A stretch of 42,575 bases of DNA from an uncultured Candidatus Saccharibacteria bacterium (GTDB taxonomy: Bacteria > Patescibacteriota > Saccharimonadia > Saccharimonadales > JACDBH01), in NCBI GenBank assembly GCA_964458165.1, contig CAYWFI010000001.1, forward strand, positions 1-42,575. The letters run 5' to 3'. The position numbers were made by a program, and so were the translations under genes. Below the pieces are notes generated by a model. It saw only the letters and a list, made by a program, of their open reading frames with translations, was not told the DNA's origin and did not search any database. The stretch's first letter is position 1, and the number at the start of each line of letters is the position of its first letter. This document shows positions 34,294-42,575 of the stretch, in pieces.

Positions 34294-35723
34294 GCGGTTA
34301 CAAAGCGACTATCGGGATTGAATGCCATGTTCAGCTCAAAACCGCGACTAAGCTGTTCGCGGCCGTAGGCAACGACGCGCGGGACGCGGAGCCAAACACG
34401 CTTATTAGCCATATCTGCCTAGGTATGCCAGGTGCTCTGCCAGTGTTGAACGAAAAGGCTGTTGAGCTAGCGTCCAAGGCGGCGTTTGCATTGTCGACTA
34501 AGCCGCAGAAGTTCAGCAAGTTTGACCGCAAGCATTACTTTTACCCGGATCTGCCAACAGGTTATCAGATTAGCCAGTACGATGAGCCCATTATCCTGGG
34601 CGGGCACGTTGACATTGTTGTTAGTGGTGAGAAAAAACGTATCAATATCACCCGCGCGCACCTGGAAGCCGACGCTGGTAAATCAACTCATCCAGAGGGC
34701 AAGGATTATAGCCTGGTAGATCTTAACCGCGCCGGTACACCGCTGCTCGAAATCGTGTCAGAGCCCGAGCTTCACTCTGCGCGTGAGGCCAAAGCTTATG
34801 CGCGCGAGCTGTACTTGCTCATGAAATACGCCGGTGTTAGCGATGTTGATTTGTATCATGGCAATATGCGTTTTGATGTTAATGTCAGTATCAGCAAGAC
34901 TGATAAACTTGGCGTTCGTTCTGAAACCAAGAACCTTAACTCATTCCGTAGCGTCGAAAAGGCCGTGGAGTTTGAGATTAAGCGTCAGACAGGTTTGTTG
35001 GAGCTAGGTCAGCAGGTAGTGCAGGAAACGCGCGGCTGGGACGATGCCAAACAAAAGACTTTCAGTCAACGCACTAAAGAAGATGCTCATGACTACCGCT
35101 ACTTTCCGGACCCCGACTTGCCGCCGGTGGTATTAGACGACAAATTTATAGCCCGCATCGAGGCCGAAATGCCGGATTTGCCAAATGTCCTGCGCGGCCA
35201 ATTCGATAGCCTAGAACTCGATAGCTCACAAGTTGATGTGTTGCTAGAGGAGCCGGCAGTGGCTGGTTTTGTGTGCGGTATCATCGATGCGCACGACGCC
35301 AAGACAGCGCGTACAATCGCTAACTGGCTGACTGGCGATGTAGTTCGTTGGATAACGGAGGGCAATATAGGTTGGCAAGATGTACCGAATAAGCAGGCCC
35401 AGTTGGTTGAATTGGTGGCAATGATTGATAGCGGTTTGCTTAGCTCGACGGCTGCCAAAGAGGTGCTGGCCGAGGTATTGAAGACCGGCGGGAACCCGAA
35501 AGCAATCGCCGAAAGCAAAAACCTCATCCAGGAATCGGACGAATCGGCGCTAGTAATGATTGTGGAACAAGTCCTGGGTGAAAACCCTAAAGCCGCAGAA
35601 GACATCAGAAACGGCGAACTTAAGGCCATTGGCTTTCTGGTAGGTCAGGTCATGAAAGCGTCCAAGGGCAAAGCCAACCCCGCCGTCGTGCAGCAGATTA
35701 TAAAAAAGCAGCTCGGGGCATAA
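34290..35723 (+). CDS. gatB: Asp/Glu-tRNA(Asn/Gln) amidotransferase subunit B
   Basis: IGIECHVQL, GMPGALPVLN, DLNRAGTPLLEIV, and the C-terminal YqeY-like domain. Confidence 0.9.
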   Translation: MSGYKATIGIECHVQLKTATKLFAAVGNDARDAEPNTLISHICLGMPGALPVLNEKAVELASKAAFALSTKPQKFSKFDRKHYFYPDLPTGYQISQYDEPIILGGHVDIVVSGEKKRINITRAHLEADAGKSTHPEGKDYSLVDLNRAGTPLLEIVSEPELHSAREAKAYARELYLLMKYAGVSDVDLYHGNMRFDVNVSISKTDKLGVRSETKNLNSFRSVEKAVEFEIKRQTGLLELGQQVVQETRGWDDAKQKTFSQRTKEDAHDYRYFPDPDLPPVVLDDKFIARIEAEMPDLPNVLRGQFDSLELDSSQVDVLLEEPAVAGFVCGIIDAHDAKTARTIANWLTGDVVRWITEGNIGWQDVPNKQAQLVELVAMIDSGLLSSTAAKEVLAEVLKTGGNPKAIAESKNLIQESDESALVMIVEQVLGENPKAAEDIRNGELKAIGFLVGQVMKASKGKANPAVVQQIIKKQLGA

Positions 35724-35726
35724 CTG

Positions 35727-36617
35727 ATGACAAAGCCCGTAAGGAAAGCAGTTATCGCAGCCGCTGGGTTTGGGACGCGGTTTTTGCCGCAAACTAAGGC
35801 TATGCCCAAGGAAATGTTACCGCTGATCGATAAGCCGATTATCCAGTATATCGTTGAGGAACTGGTCGAGGCCGGGATTGAAGACATTGTCATCGTAACC
35901 GGCTACCACAAGCGTTCGATAGAGGACCACTTTGACCAAATGAGCGCTGACCTGCGGGCTAACCTAAAGCAGGGCGGCAAACGGGAGTTACTGGAAGAGA
36001 CCAAACGCATATCGGACCTGGCTAACTTTGCCTATATCCGTCAAAAGGGTCCGTACGGCAACGCCACACCGGTACTTAATGCCGAACATTTAATTGGTGA
36101 CGAGCCGTTTATCTATGCTTTCGCTGATGATTTTGTAAAGGCCACGCCAGCACGTTTTAAGCAAATGGTGGATCTGCATAAGGTCTTAGGCGGCTCTATC
36201 CTGACCTGTGTCCGTGCCAAGTCCGATGACGATTACAAACGCTACGGTTTTATTGGTGGTCATGAAGTACAGCCTGGCGTAACAGAGATGAATCGTATTA
36301 TAGAAAAACCGGGCAGCCGTGAGGCCGCGCCGTCTGACATTGCCTCGGTCAGCGGATACGTATTTGAGCCCATTATATTTGAATATCTAAAACGCCAACG
36401 GGATGAGCTGGGCGAAGGTAAAGAGTTTAATCAGCAGGAAAGTATGCAGCGCATGATGGATGACGGCCATAAAATGTATGGTTTCGAGGTGCCGGATGGT
36501 GTCTATTACGACACCGGTAATAAGCTGGAGTATCTCAAGACGATGGTAGACTTTGCCCTGGTGCATGACGAGTTAGGCGATGACTTTGAAGCATATTTGC
36601 GTTTAAAGCTTGATTAG
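35727..36617 (+). CDS. galU: UTP--glucose-1-phosphate uridylyltransferase
   Basis: KAVIAAAGFGTRFLPQTKAMPKEMLPLIDKPIIQYIVEE is the GalU N-terminal signature. Confidence 0.85.
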   Translation: MTKPVRKAVIAAAGFGTRFLPQTKAMPKEMLPLIDKPIIQYIVEELVEAGIEDIVIVTGYHKRSIEDHFDQMSADLRANLKQGGKRELLEETKRISDLANFAYIRQKGPYGNATPVLNAEHLIGDEPFIYAFADDFVKATPARFKQMVDLHKVLGGSILTCVRAKSDDDYKRYGFIGGHEVQPGVTEMNRIIEKPGSREAAPSDIASVSGYVFEPIIFEYLKRQRDELGEGKEFNQQESMQRMMDDGHKMYGFEVPDGVYYDTGNKLEYLKTMVDFALVHDELGDDFEAYLRLKLD

Positions 36618-36638
36618 AGTGTTATACTAGAAACACCC

Positions 36639-36890
36639 ATGGAGAACGCGGAGACCATACTAGTAATTATTTTGTCCATTACACTGGCAATCTTTTTGGT
36701 TGTCAGCATTGTGCTTGGCATTTGGCTGACACGTTTAGTCAAAACACTCAATCAGGTAGCTCTCAAGGCACAGGAGATTGTTGACAACGTCGAAACTGCG
36801 TCAGAGGTACTGAAAAAAGCTGCCGGCCCATTGGCCGTAGGGAAGTTTCTTATAAATATTGCTGATTTAATTAAAAAAAGGAAGGGGTAG
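36639..36890 (+). CDS. Small membrane protein, DUF948/YtxG-like
   Basis: 83 aa with an N-terminal TM followed by an amphipathic helix. Its position directly upstream of a YtxH-like gene mirrors the Firmicute ytxG-ytxH arrangement. Confidence 0.5.
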   Translation: MENAETILVIILSITLAIFLVVSIVLGIWLTRLVKTLNQVALKAQEIVDNVETASEVLKKAAGPLAVGKFLINIADLIKKRKG

Positions 36891-36897
36891 CAGGCAT

Positions 36898-37299
36898 ATG
36901 GGTAAGAATACAGGCAAATGGGCCGCGGGTGCGTTAGCAGCCGGTGCAATCGGTTATGTGGCAGGCGTGTTAACCGCGCCTAAAAGCGGCAAAGAGACCC
37001 GCAAAGATATCAAAAACGCGGCTAATAAAGCCCGCACCGAAGCTGAGAGAAAGCTCAAGGTGGTACTAGCGGATTTAAATCTGCGCCTGAGCGAAGTCAA
37101 AGCAAAAGGCGCTAAACTCACCGGTAGAGCCAAAGAAGAATACGAAAAAGCCCTAGCCTCGGCAATTATCGCCAAAGACAAAGTGCGTGAAGCCCTAAGC
37201 GCTCTGCACGATGGCGACGCTGATGACCCAGAGCTAAAAAAGGCTCTCAAGGATGCGAAAGATGCGCTCAAACAGCTCGAAAAATACGCTAAAAAATAA
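36898..37299 (+). CDS. YtxH-domain protein (general-stress-like, coiled/charged)
   Basis: N-terminal GALAAGAIGYVAGVLTAPKSGKETRKDIK is typical of YtxH, followed by Lys/Glu/Ala-rich helices. Confidence 0.65.
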   Translation: MGKNTGKWAAGALAAGAIGYVAGVLTAPKSGKETRKDIKNAANKARTEAERKLKVVLADLNLRLSEVKAKGAKLTGRAKEEYEKALASAIIAKDKVREALSALHDGDADDPELKKALKDAKDALKQLEKYAKK

Positions 37300-37307
37300 C
37301 GCTCGAA

Positions 37308-37402
37308 CCATATCCGGTGTACTGGCTTGTCGTTTCGCTTCGCAACGTATAAGGCATACGTTTTGTCGCGAGAACGGACAAGCCAGTACTACCGGAGTAT
37401 GG
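37308..37402 (+). repeat. Long imperfect hairpin 8 nt after the ytxH-like stop (family-A-like architecture)
   Basis: CCATA/TATGG, TCCGGT/ACCGGA, TACTGGCTTGTC/GACAAGCCAGTA (12 bp), and apical CGTAT-AAGGC-ATACG. Confidence 0.6.
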
Positions 37403-37428
37403 CTCTTGGTTTGTGTGAGGGTCGGGGC

Positions 37429-37698
37429 ATGACGGCAAAACCAAACAAACCATCAACAAGCAAACAGTATGAAGAACTCGGGCGTGTTGTCGCTAGTATT
37501 TACGAAAACGGTTACCTCAGTGCTCCGAAAAGCCTAAGAATGTCTTTTTTAAAGGGCGTGGCCGGAGGGTTTGGCGGTGTGATCGGCGCGACTATAGTTG
37601 TAGCGCTGATGTTGTGGGTGCTTTCATTTTTTGACCACATCCCGTTAATCGGCAGGTTTGTAGAGACCGTAGATCAGACAGTCCAGCAAAGTCAGTAA
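37429..37698 (+). CDS. Small membrane protein (possibly DUF5665-like)
   Basis: ATG at 37429 preceded by GAGGG. FLKGVAGGFGGVIGATIVVALMLWVL. The ORF-track start at 37327 would run through the hairpin. Confidence 0.5.
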   Translation: MTAKPNKPSTSKQYEELGRVVASIYENGYLSAPKSLRMSFLKGVAGGFGGVIGATIVVALMLWVLSFFDHIPLIGRFVETVDQTVQQSQ

Positions 37699-37718
37699 AT
37701 GGTTGTAATTACGACAGC

Positions 37719-37746
37719 TTAATTACGACCGTTTTTCATCTATAAT
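37719..37746 (+). promoter_or_regulatory. Possible dnaE promoter (TTAATT-16 nt-TATAAT) overlapping a 10-nt direct repeat TAATTACGAC
   Basis: -10 TATAAT at 37741-37746. Direct repeats at 37706-37715 and 37720-37729. Confidence 0.35.
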
Positions 37747-37882
37747 AGACGCAGATGAGTCCTGTAGTGAGCCCCAAAGTCGCTTTACGAATAAGCTTTT
37801 TGTATAAAGTTAGTTCAGGATATATTTGCGGCGCAGGTTTTTCGGTCTGGCGTAACGTAAGTTCTTGGGGGTCTACTACAGG

Positions 37883-40800
37883 ATGAGCGCAAAGGGTGAC
37901 AGTTTAAGACCGAGTGATTATGTGCATCTGCATAATCACTCGCATTACAGTTTGCTTGATGGGCTCAGTAAGATCCCGTCACTTATTAATCATGTACAGA
38001 CATTCGGTATGGAAGCGGTGGCTATTACCGATCACGGTACGCTATCTGGGTTGATTGAGTTTTATAAGGAAGCTACGTCCGCGGGCGTTAAGCCGGTTAT
38101 GGGTATGGAAGCCTACGTTGCCGCTCGCGGCCACGCCGATAAAGACCCAGCCAAAGACAAGCAATATTACCATCTTATTCTTTTGGCGATGAATATGACC
38201 GGCTATCAGAACTTGATGCGCCTTAGCACTATCGCCAACCTGGACGGGTTTTATTACAAGCCGCGTATCGACCATGAGTTGTTAGAAAAGTATAACGAGG
38301 GGCTGATAGTTCTCAGCGCCTGCATTGGTGGTGAGGTCGGCGACGCGCTAAGAAACGGTCAATACGAACAAGCAGAAAAAACGGCCAAATGGTACAAATC
38401 GGTATTCGGCGATCGATATTACCTGGAAGTTCAGGATCACGGCCACCCCAAGCATCCGACAGTCTGGCAAGAACAAGTTGCTGTCAATGAACAATTATTC
38501 AAACTATCCAAAGATCTGGATATAGCATGCGTGCTGACTTGTGACGCGCATTACTTAAATCATAGCGACCAAGAGGCGCACGAAATACTGCTTTGCGTAC
38601 AAACCGGCGCGTATTTATCTGACACTAATCGGATGAGTCTGGCCAATTTTGAGCTCCACGTTACTGACCCAAAGGATCTAATCGAACGTTGGGGCAATGA
38701 TCACCCCGAGCTTATTACCAACACTCGTGCCATTGCTGATCGATGTAGCGTAGAGCTGAGCTTAGGCAAAATTTTAATACCAAAATTTCCGGTGCCAAAA
38801 CAGGAGACAGAGAAAACATATCTGCACAAACTGGTATGGCAAGGTGTTGCCTGGCGCTATGGAGGCAAGTCTGAAAAGCAAGCCGCTGAGCTCAGCATTG
38901 ATCAGGTCAAAAAGATTACCCCCAAAGAAATCCGAAAAAAGGTCGAATACGAACTACAGGTTATTGATAACATGGGCTTCAATGGTTATTTTCTGATTAT
39001 CTGGGACTTTATAAAATGGGGCAAAGACGAAGGCATTGTCTTTGGTCCGGGGCGCGGATCTGCCGCGGGATCAATCGTGTCGTATTCGCTTCGTATTACC
39101 GAACTGGACCCTCTGAAATATGATCTGCTGTTCGAACGCTTCCTAAACCCGGATCGTATTAGCATGCCGGATATTGATATAGATATTCAGGATACACGTC
39201 GCGGTGAAGTTATACAGTATTGTATTGATAAATATGGGACCGATCGCGTGGCCAATATTGTTACCTTTGGTACTATGGCGGCCCGTAATGCCGTGCGTGA
39301 TGTTTCGCGAGTGCTGCAAGTACCGTATGCCGAGGCTGACCGTCTGGCCAAGATGATTCCGCAGCCTATTCAAGGCCGTCATATTCCGCTGGCAACATCA
39401 CTACTAAATGATGCCGACCTTAGAGCGGAGAACGAAACAAATGAACAAGCCGCCCGGGTGTTTGAACTGGCAACTAAACTCGAGGGTACTATTCGCAGTC
39501 ACGGCGTCCACGCTGCTGGCGTGGTAATCGCGCCGGATGATATTGTAAAGTTCGTGCCGCTCGAGATGGCGCAAAAAGGCGTGGTGGCGACCCAGTACTC
39601 GATGGGTCCGATTGAGGACCTAGGTCTACTTAAGATGGATTTCTTAGGGCTCAGTAACCTGACTATTATCAAAAACGCCCTGCGTATTATCAAAAAGGTA
39701 TACAAAAAAGACATAGACATAAACATGGTTCCCCTTGATGACAAGAAAACTTTTGAATTGCTGCAGCGCGGTGATACTACTGGTGTCTTCCAGTTTGAGT
39801 CTTCGGGTATGAAACGATATTTGCGGGAGCTTAAAGCTACGGAATTTGACGATGTTATCGCGATGGGCGCTTTGTACCGTCCAGGCCCGCTAACTGCTGG
39901 ACTGACTGATAGTTTTGTTAAGCGCAAAAACGGGCTCGAAGAAGTGACGTATGAACATCCTTTGACCAAAAACGCGCTAGAATCCACTTACGGCGTGATT
40001 GTCTACCAGGAACAGGTGATGCAGATGAGTAAAGAGATGTGCGGTTTTACCGGCGGCGAGGCTGATACGCTGCGCAAAGCTATCGGCAAGAAAAAGCGCG
40101 ATGTAATGGATAAGATGGGCCAGCAATTCGTAGAAGGAGCCGTCAGGAACGGCGTTCCAGAAGAGGTAGTCAAAAAAATTTGGAAAGATATTCTTGGATT
40201 TGCCGACTACGCCTTTAATAAATCACACTCGGCGTGCTACGGGATGATTTCTTACCAGACGGCATACCTGAAGGCGCATTATCCTTCAGCTTTTATGGCG
40301 GCGCTGATGACCAGCGATTATGATGATACTGATCGTTTAAGCATTGAGATTACCGAGTGTAAGAATGTAGGTATCGAAGTGTTGCCGCCGGATGTCAACG
40401 AATCGTTCGTGGAGTTCGCGGTGGTATCCAAGGGCGATCCCCTGCATGACCCGATCCGGTTTGGCATGAATGCTGTAAAAAACGTAGGCACAGGCGCGGT
40501 TGAAGAAATTTTGCGTGCCCGCGAGGAGGGCCATTTTGAAAAGCTTGAAGATTTTTTTGGTCGGGTAAGTCCGCGCATCGTAAATCGCAAAGCTTTAGAA
40601 AGCCTAATTAAAGCTGGTGCTTTCGATCGCTTTGGAAGTCGTAACCAACTGCTTGGAAATGTCGATGTGTTACTTAGCTTTGCCAACCGCATACAAAAAG
40701 AGCAAGCTATGGGCCAGGTCGGTTTATTCGGCAGCGAGGAACATAGCGGCCTGGCAGTCCTGCCGCAGATAGTACTTGAAGAGATTCCTGAGGAACACGG

Positions 40801-41530
40801 CAAGCAGGAATATCTTAAATGGGAACGTGAGCTGCTAGGGTTGTATTTATCACAGCATCCTCTGCAAGCATATGGTACCTACCTGAGTGAGCTAACAATG
40901 CCTATAAACGAGCTAGAGGTTGATATGGACGGCAAGACCGTGGTTGTCGGCGGCTCTATAACCGAACTACGCGAAATCACAACTAAGAACGGTCAAAAAA
41001 TGGCCTTCGTAAAGATCTCTGACCTTTTAGGCGAGATAGAGGCGGTGCTTTTTCCTAGCGCCTACCAACAAACCAGTGGTATATGGGAGCGGGATAAGGT
41101 AGTGCTGATTAGGGGTAAACTAAGCGGTAAAGACCGGCAAACTGGCGAAACGCTAACAGAGGTAAAAGTGTTAGCCGATGAGGCCAGAGAGATAACGTTT
41201 GCCCAGGCCGAGGCTTATCAGTCGACTGGCAAGAAAGTTAAATTACCTAATGCCAGCAAACGTTCAGCGAAACCAGCTTTAGCTGTTAATACCACAGTTT
41301 CGTCGAAGACGCGTCTGTATATAAGGCTGCAAGATAGCAGCAACGAAAGCCAGCTGCTGGCACTAAAATCAGTCATAGATTCGCATAGCGGCAGCACAGA
41401 AGTAGTGCTGGTGCTTGGTCCGGCAGATAAGAAGCAAATCATCAAACTACCAGGCGGGGTGCGCTCTGACGATACCGTGCTAGAATCCTTACGTGAAGTC
41501 GTAGGCGACAAGCAAGTTGTTGTGCAGTAA
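37883..41530 (+). CDS. dnaE: DNA polymerase III alpha subunit
   Basis: PHP domain HLHNHSHYSLLDG...ITDHG, palm/fingers motifs (GPGRGSAAGS, PDIDIDI), and an OB fold near the C-terminus. ATG at 37883 preferred. Confidence 0.95.
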   Translation: MSAKGDSLRPSDYVHLHNHSHYSLLDGLSKIPSLINHVQTFGMEAVAITDHGTLSGLIEFYKEATSAGVKPVMGMEAYVAARGHADKDPAKDKQYYHLILLAMNMTGYQNLMRLSTIANLDGFYYKPRIDHELLEKYNEGLIVLSACIGGEVGDALRNGQYEQAEKTAKWYKSVFGDRYYLEVQDHGHPKHPTVWQEQVAVNEQLFKLSKDLDIACVLTCDAHYLNHSDQEAHEILLCVQTGAYLSDTNRMSLANFELHVTDPKDLIERWGNDHPELITNTRAIADRCSVELSLGKILIPKFPVPKQETEKTYLHKLVWQGVAWRYGGKSEKQAAELSIDQVKKITPKEIRKKVEYELQVIDNMGFNGYFLIIWDFIKWGKDEGIVFGPGRGSAAGSIVSYSLRITELDPLKYDLLFERFLNPDRISMPDIDIDIQDTRRGEVIQYCIDKYGTDRVANIVTFGTMAARNAVRDVSRVLQVPYAEADRLAKMIPQPIQGRHIPLATSLLNDADLRAENETNEQAARVFELATKLEGTIRSHGVHAAGVVIAPDDIVKFVPLEMAQKGVVATQYSMGPIEDLGLLKMDFLGLSNLTIIKNALRIIKKVYKKDIDINMVPLDDKKTFELLQRGDTTGVFQFESSGMKRYLRELKATEFDDVIAMGALYRPGPLTAGLTDSFVKRKNGLEEVTYEHPLTKNALESTYGVIVYQEQVMQMSKEMCGFTGGEADTLRKAIGKKKRDVMDKMGQQFVEGAVRNGVPEEVVKKIWKDILGFADYAFNKSHSACYGMISYQTAYLKAHYPSAFMAALMTSDYDDTDRLSIEITECKNVGIEVLPPDVNESFVEFAVVSKGDPLHDPIRFGMNAVKNVGTGAVEEILRAREEGHFEKLEDFFGRVSPRIVNRKALESLIKAGAFDRFGSRNQLLGNVDVLLSFANRIQKEQAMGQVGLFGSEEHSGLAVLPQIVLEEIPEEHGKQEYLKWERELLGLYLSQHPLQAYGTYLSELTMPINELEVDMDGKTVVVGGSITELREITTKNGQKMAFVKISDLLGEIEAVLFPSAYQQTSGIWERDKVVLIRGKLSGKDRQTGETLTEVKVLADEAREITFAQAEAYQSTGKKVKLPNASKRSAKPALAVNTTVSSKTRLYIRLQDSSNESQLLALKSVIDSHSGSTEVVLVLGPADKKQIIKLPGGVRSDDTVLESLREVVGDKQVVVQ

Positions 41531-41532
41531 TT

Positions 41533-42564
41533 TTATCGGATAGTACCGCTAGTACTAAGTAGCACGAAGCCCAAGTAGATAACGGCCAAAACAGTCAAAT
41601 CCAAATGTAAATGGTGCAGTATAAAACGTTCGCCTGATACGATATAACGTTTCAGATGTACGCCCTTATGCAAAATCCAAAGCACACCGATACTCAAAAC
41701 TGCTAAAGTAACTGCCGAAATAGTCCATAGGGCCGGTCCATTGGCCAGCAACTGTACACGTTGCACATTGGCTGTGCCAGCGGCAATAGGCTTGTCATTA
41801 TCAGTATTCGCAACCGTAGTTATAAGTTCGGTATCGTCTTGTGGCTCTGGTTCTGATTCTGGTTCGGGTGTTTCCTCCTGGGCCTCTTCTGGTTCGGCTT
41901 TTGGCGCGGGCTGTACAGGCGCGGGTTTATTATTTTGCGTGGTCGATGGTTTAGTAGCGGCTGGCGATGGTGCCGGCGGAGCCGGTGGCGGCGTCGGAGC
42001 CGGTGCGGGCGGTACATAGGTCTGAGGCTTGGCGTACATAGCTACTACCACTGTCTGCTGTCCGGTGCCTACAAAATTAGGACTATTAGCAATACCGAAT
42101 CCCACTTCGGTAAAGTTAGCGGATAACAAATTGGTTTTGTGCGCCGGACTGTTCATCCAACCAGTTACAGTATGGCCGCTGGTCATAAAACCGTAAGCAA
42201 GGTTTTCTCCTGCTGCCAGATATTGATAACCGGCATTGGTAATAAATACCCACGGCTGTTGTCCGTCCGGCGTCTGGTGCGACCAGTAGTTGCGATTAAC
42301 CATATCCTGGGCTTTGGCCTGGGCCGCTGAATTCAAAAGTCCATTACCAGTTAGTACCGGCACACCATTATTGCTGCGCTGCACATTAGTCGCGCTCAGC
42401 AAACCGGCTACACTAACATCGGTGGCATACGCCAATACACCGGAATGCTGCCCGACAAATAATTGCGGCTGCAAAGACAAGTAGGTCGCGAATATGGCAA
42501 TGGCTAGCGCGGGCAGGTACTTTACCCGGCCAAAAAACGACCGTCGCTTGCTTTGTTTTTGCAA
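41533..42564 (-). CDS. CAP/SCP (YkwD-like) domain protein with a Pro-rich linker and C-terminal TM segments
   Basis: N-terminal anchor, CAP motifs (NYWSHQTPDG, GENLAYG, GWMNSPAHKTNLL), a PAPAPTPPPAPPAP linker, and two C-terminal hydrophobic helices. TTG start; the frame stays open to the window edge, so the true start may lie outside. Confidence 0.75.
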   Translation of the reverse strand: MQKQSKRRSFFGRVKYLPALAIAIFATYLSLQPQLFVGQHSGVLAYATDVSVAGLLSATNVQRSNNGVPVLTGNGLLNSAAQAKAQDMVNRNYWSHQTPDGQQPWVFITNAGYQYLAAGENLAYGFMTSGHTVTGWMNSPAHKTNLLSANFTEVGFGIANSPNFVGTGQQTVVVAMYAKPQTYVPPAPAPTPPPAPPAPSPAATKPSTTQNNKPAPVQPAPKAEPEEAQEETPEPESEPEPQDDTELITTVANTDNDKPIAAGTANVQRVQLLANGPALWTISAVTLAVLSIGVLWILHKGVHLKRYIVSGERFILHHLHLDLTVLAVIYLGFVLLSTSGTIR

Positions 42565-42575
42565 GGTTTTGCCGC

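Noticed and set aside
41741-42019. Gly/Ala/Ser-rich + strand ORF
   Set aside because: It is the mirror image of the Pro/Ala-rich linker of the CAP-domain gene on the minus strand.
1-42575. Prophage, defence island, toxin-antitoxin or transposon content
   Set aside because: No integrase, transposase, recombinase, restriction-modification, Cas, reverse transcriptase or phage structural genes were recognised. The only defence-flavoured hint is the HEPN-like motif, reported separately at low confidence.

Overview
The window is a gene-dense, almost entirely plus-strand stretch of a small-genome bacterium. Gene content and style suggest a Patescibacteria/CPR, Saccharibacteria-like organism, but that is inference only. 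Standard genetic code; TGA is used as a stop. Recognisable housekeeping genes are pheS (3' part) and pheT, an MsbA-like ABC exporter, a NUDIX hydrolase, an FKBP isomerase, an NrdH/glutaredoxin-like protein plus trxB, a GDPD phosphodiesterase (minus strand) and ppa. A sugar-phosphate block follows (gap, rpiB, rpe-like, split transketolase, fba, PfkB kinase), then a LOG-family protein (minus strand), uvrB, an MFS transporter, gatC/gatA/gatB, galU, dnaE and a CAP-domain protein (minus strand). No integrase, transposase, CRISPR array, tRNA or rRNA was seen. The unusual content is mostly non-coding. (1) A 750-bp gene-free gap holds a near-consensus promoter followed by about 0.5 kb of back-to-back strong helices; I could not assign it to tmRNA, RNase P, SRP or group II intron motifs. 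(2) A family of about 120-nt imperfect-palindrome repeats starts 0-2 nt after stop codons in three places and shows compensatory stem changes. (3) A second family of palindromes has arms built from tandem 7-nt units; two copies split gatC/gatA/gatB. (4) A perfect extended -10 promoter drives a roughly 250-nt leader whose closing helix overlaps an intrinsic terminator, which is riboswitch-like. (5) A repeated 10-mer upstream of gap can form mutually exclusive hairpins that reach the start codon. Protein-level oddities include a 1247-aa surface protein ending in an LAxTG-type sorting signal, a membrane-anchored protein with a HEPN-like motif inside the gat cluster, and a four-helix-bundle-like ORF wedged between pheS and pheT. 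All family names come from motif recognition by eye; no database search was run.
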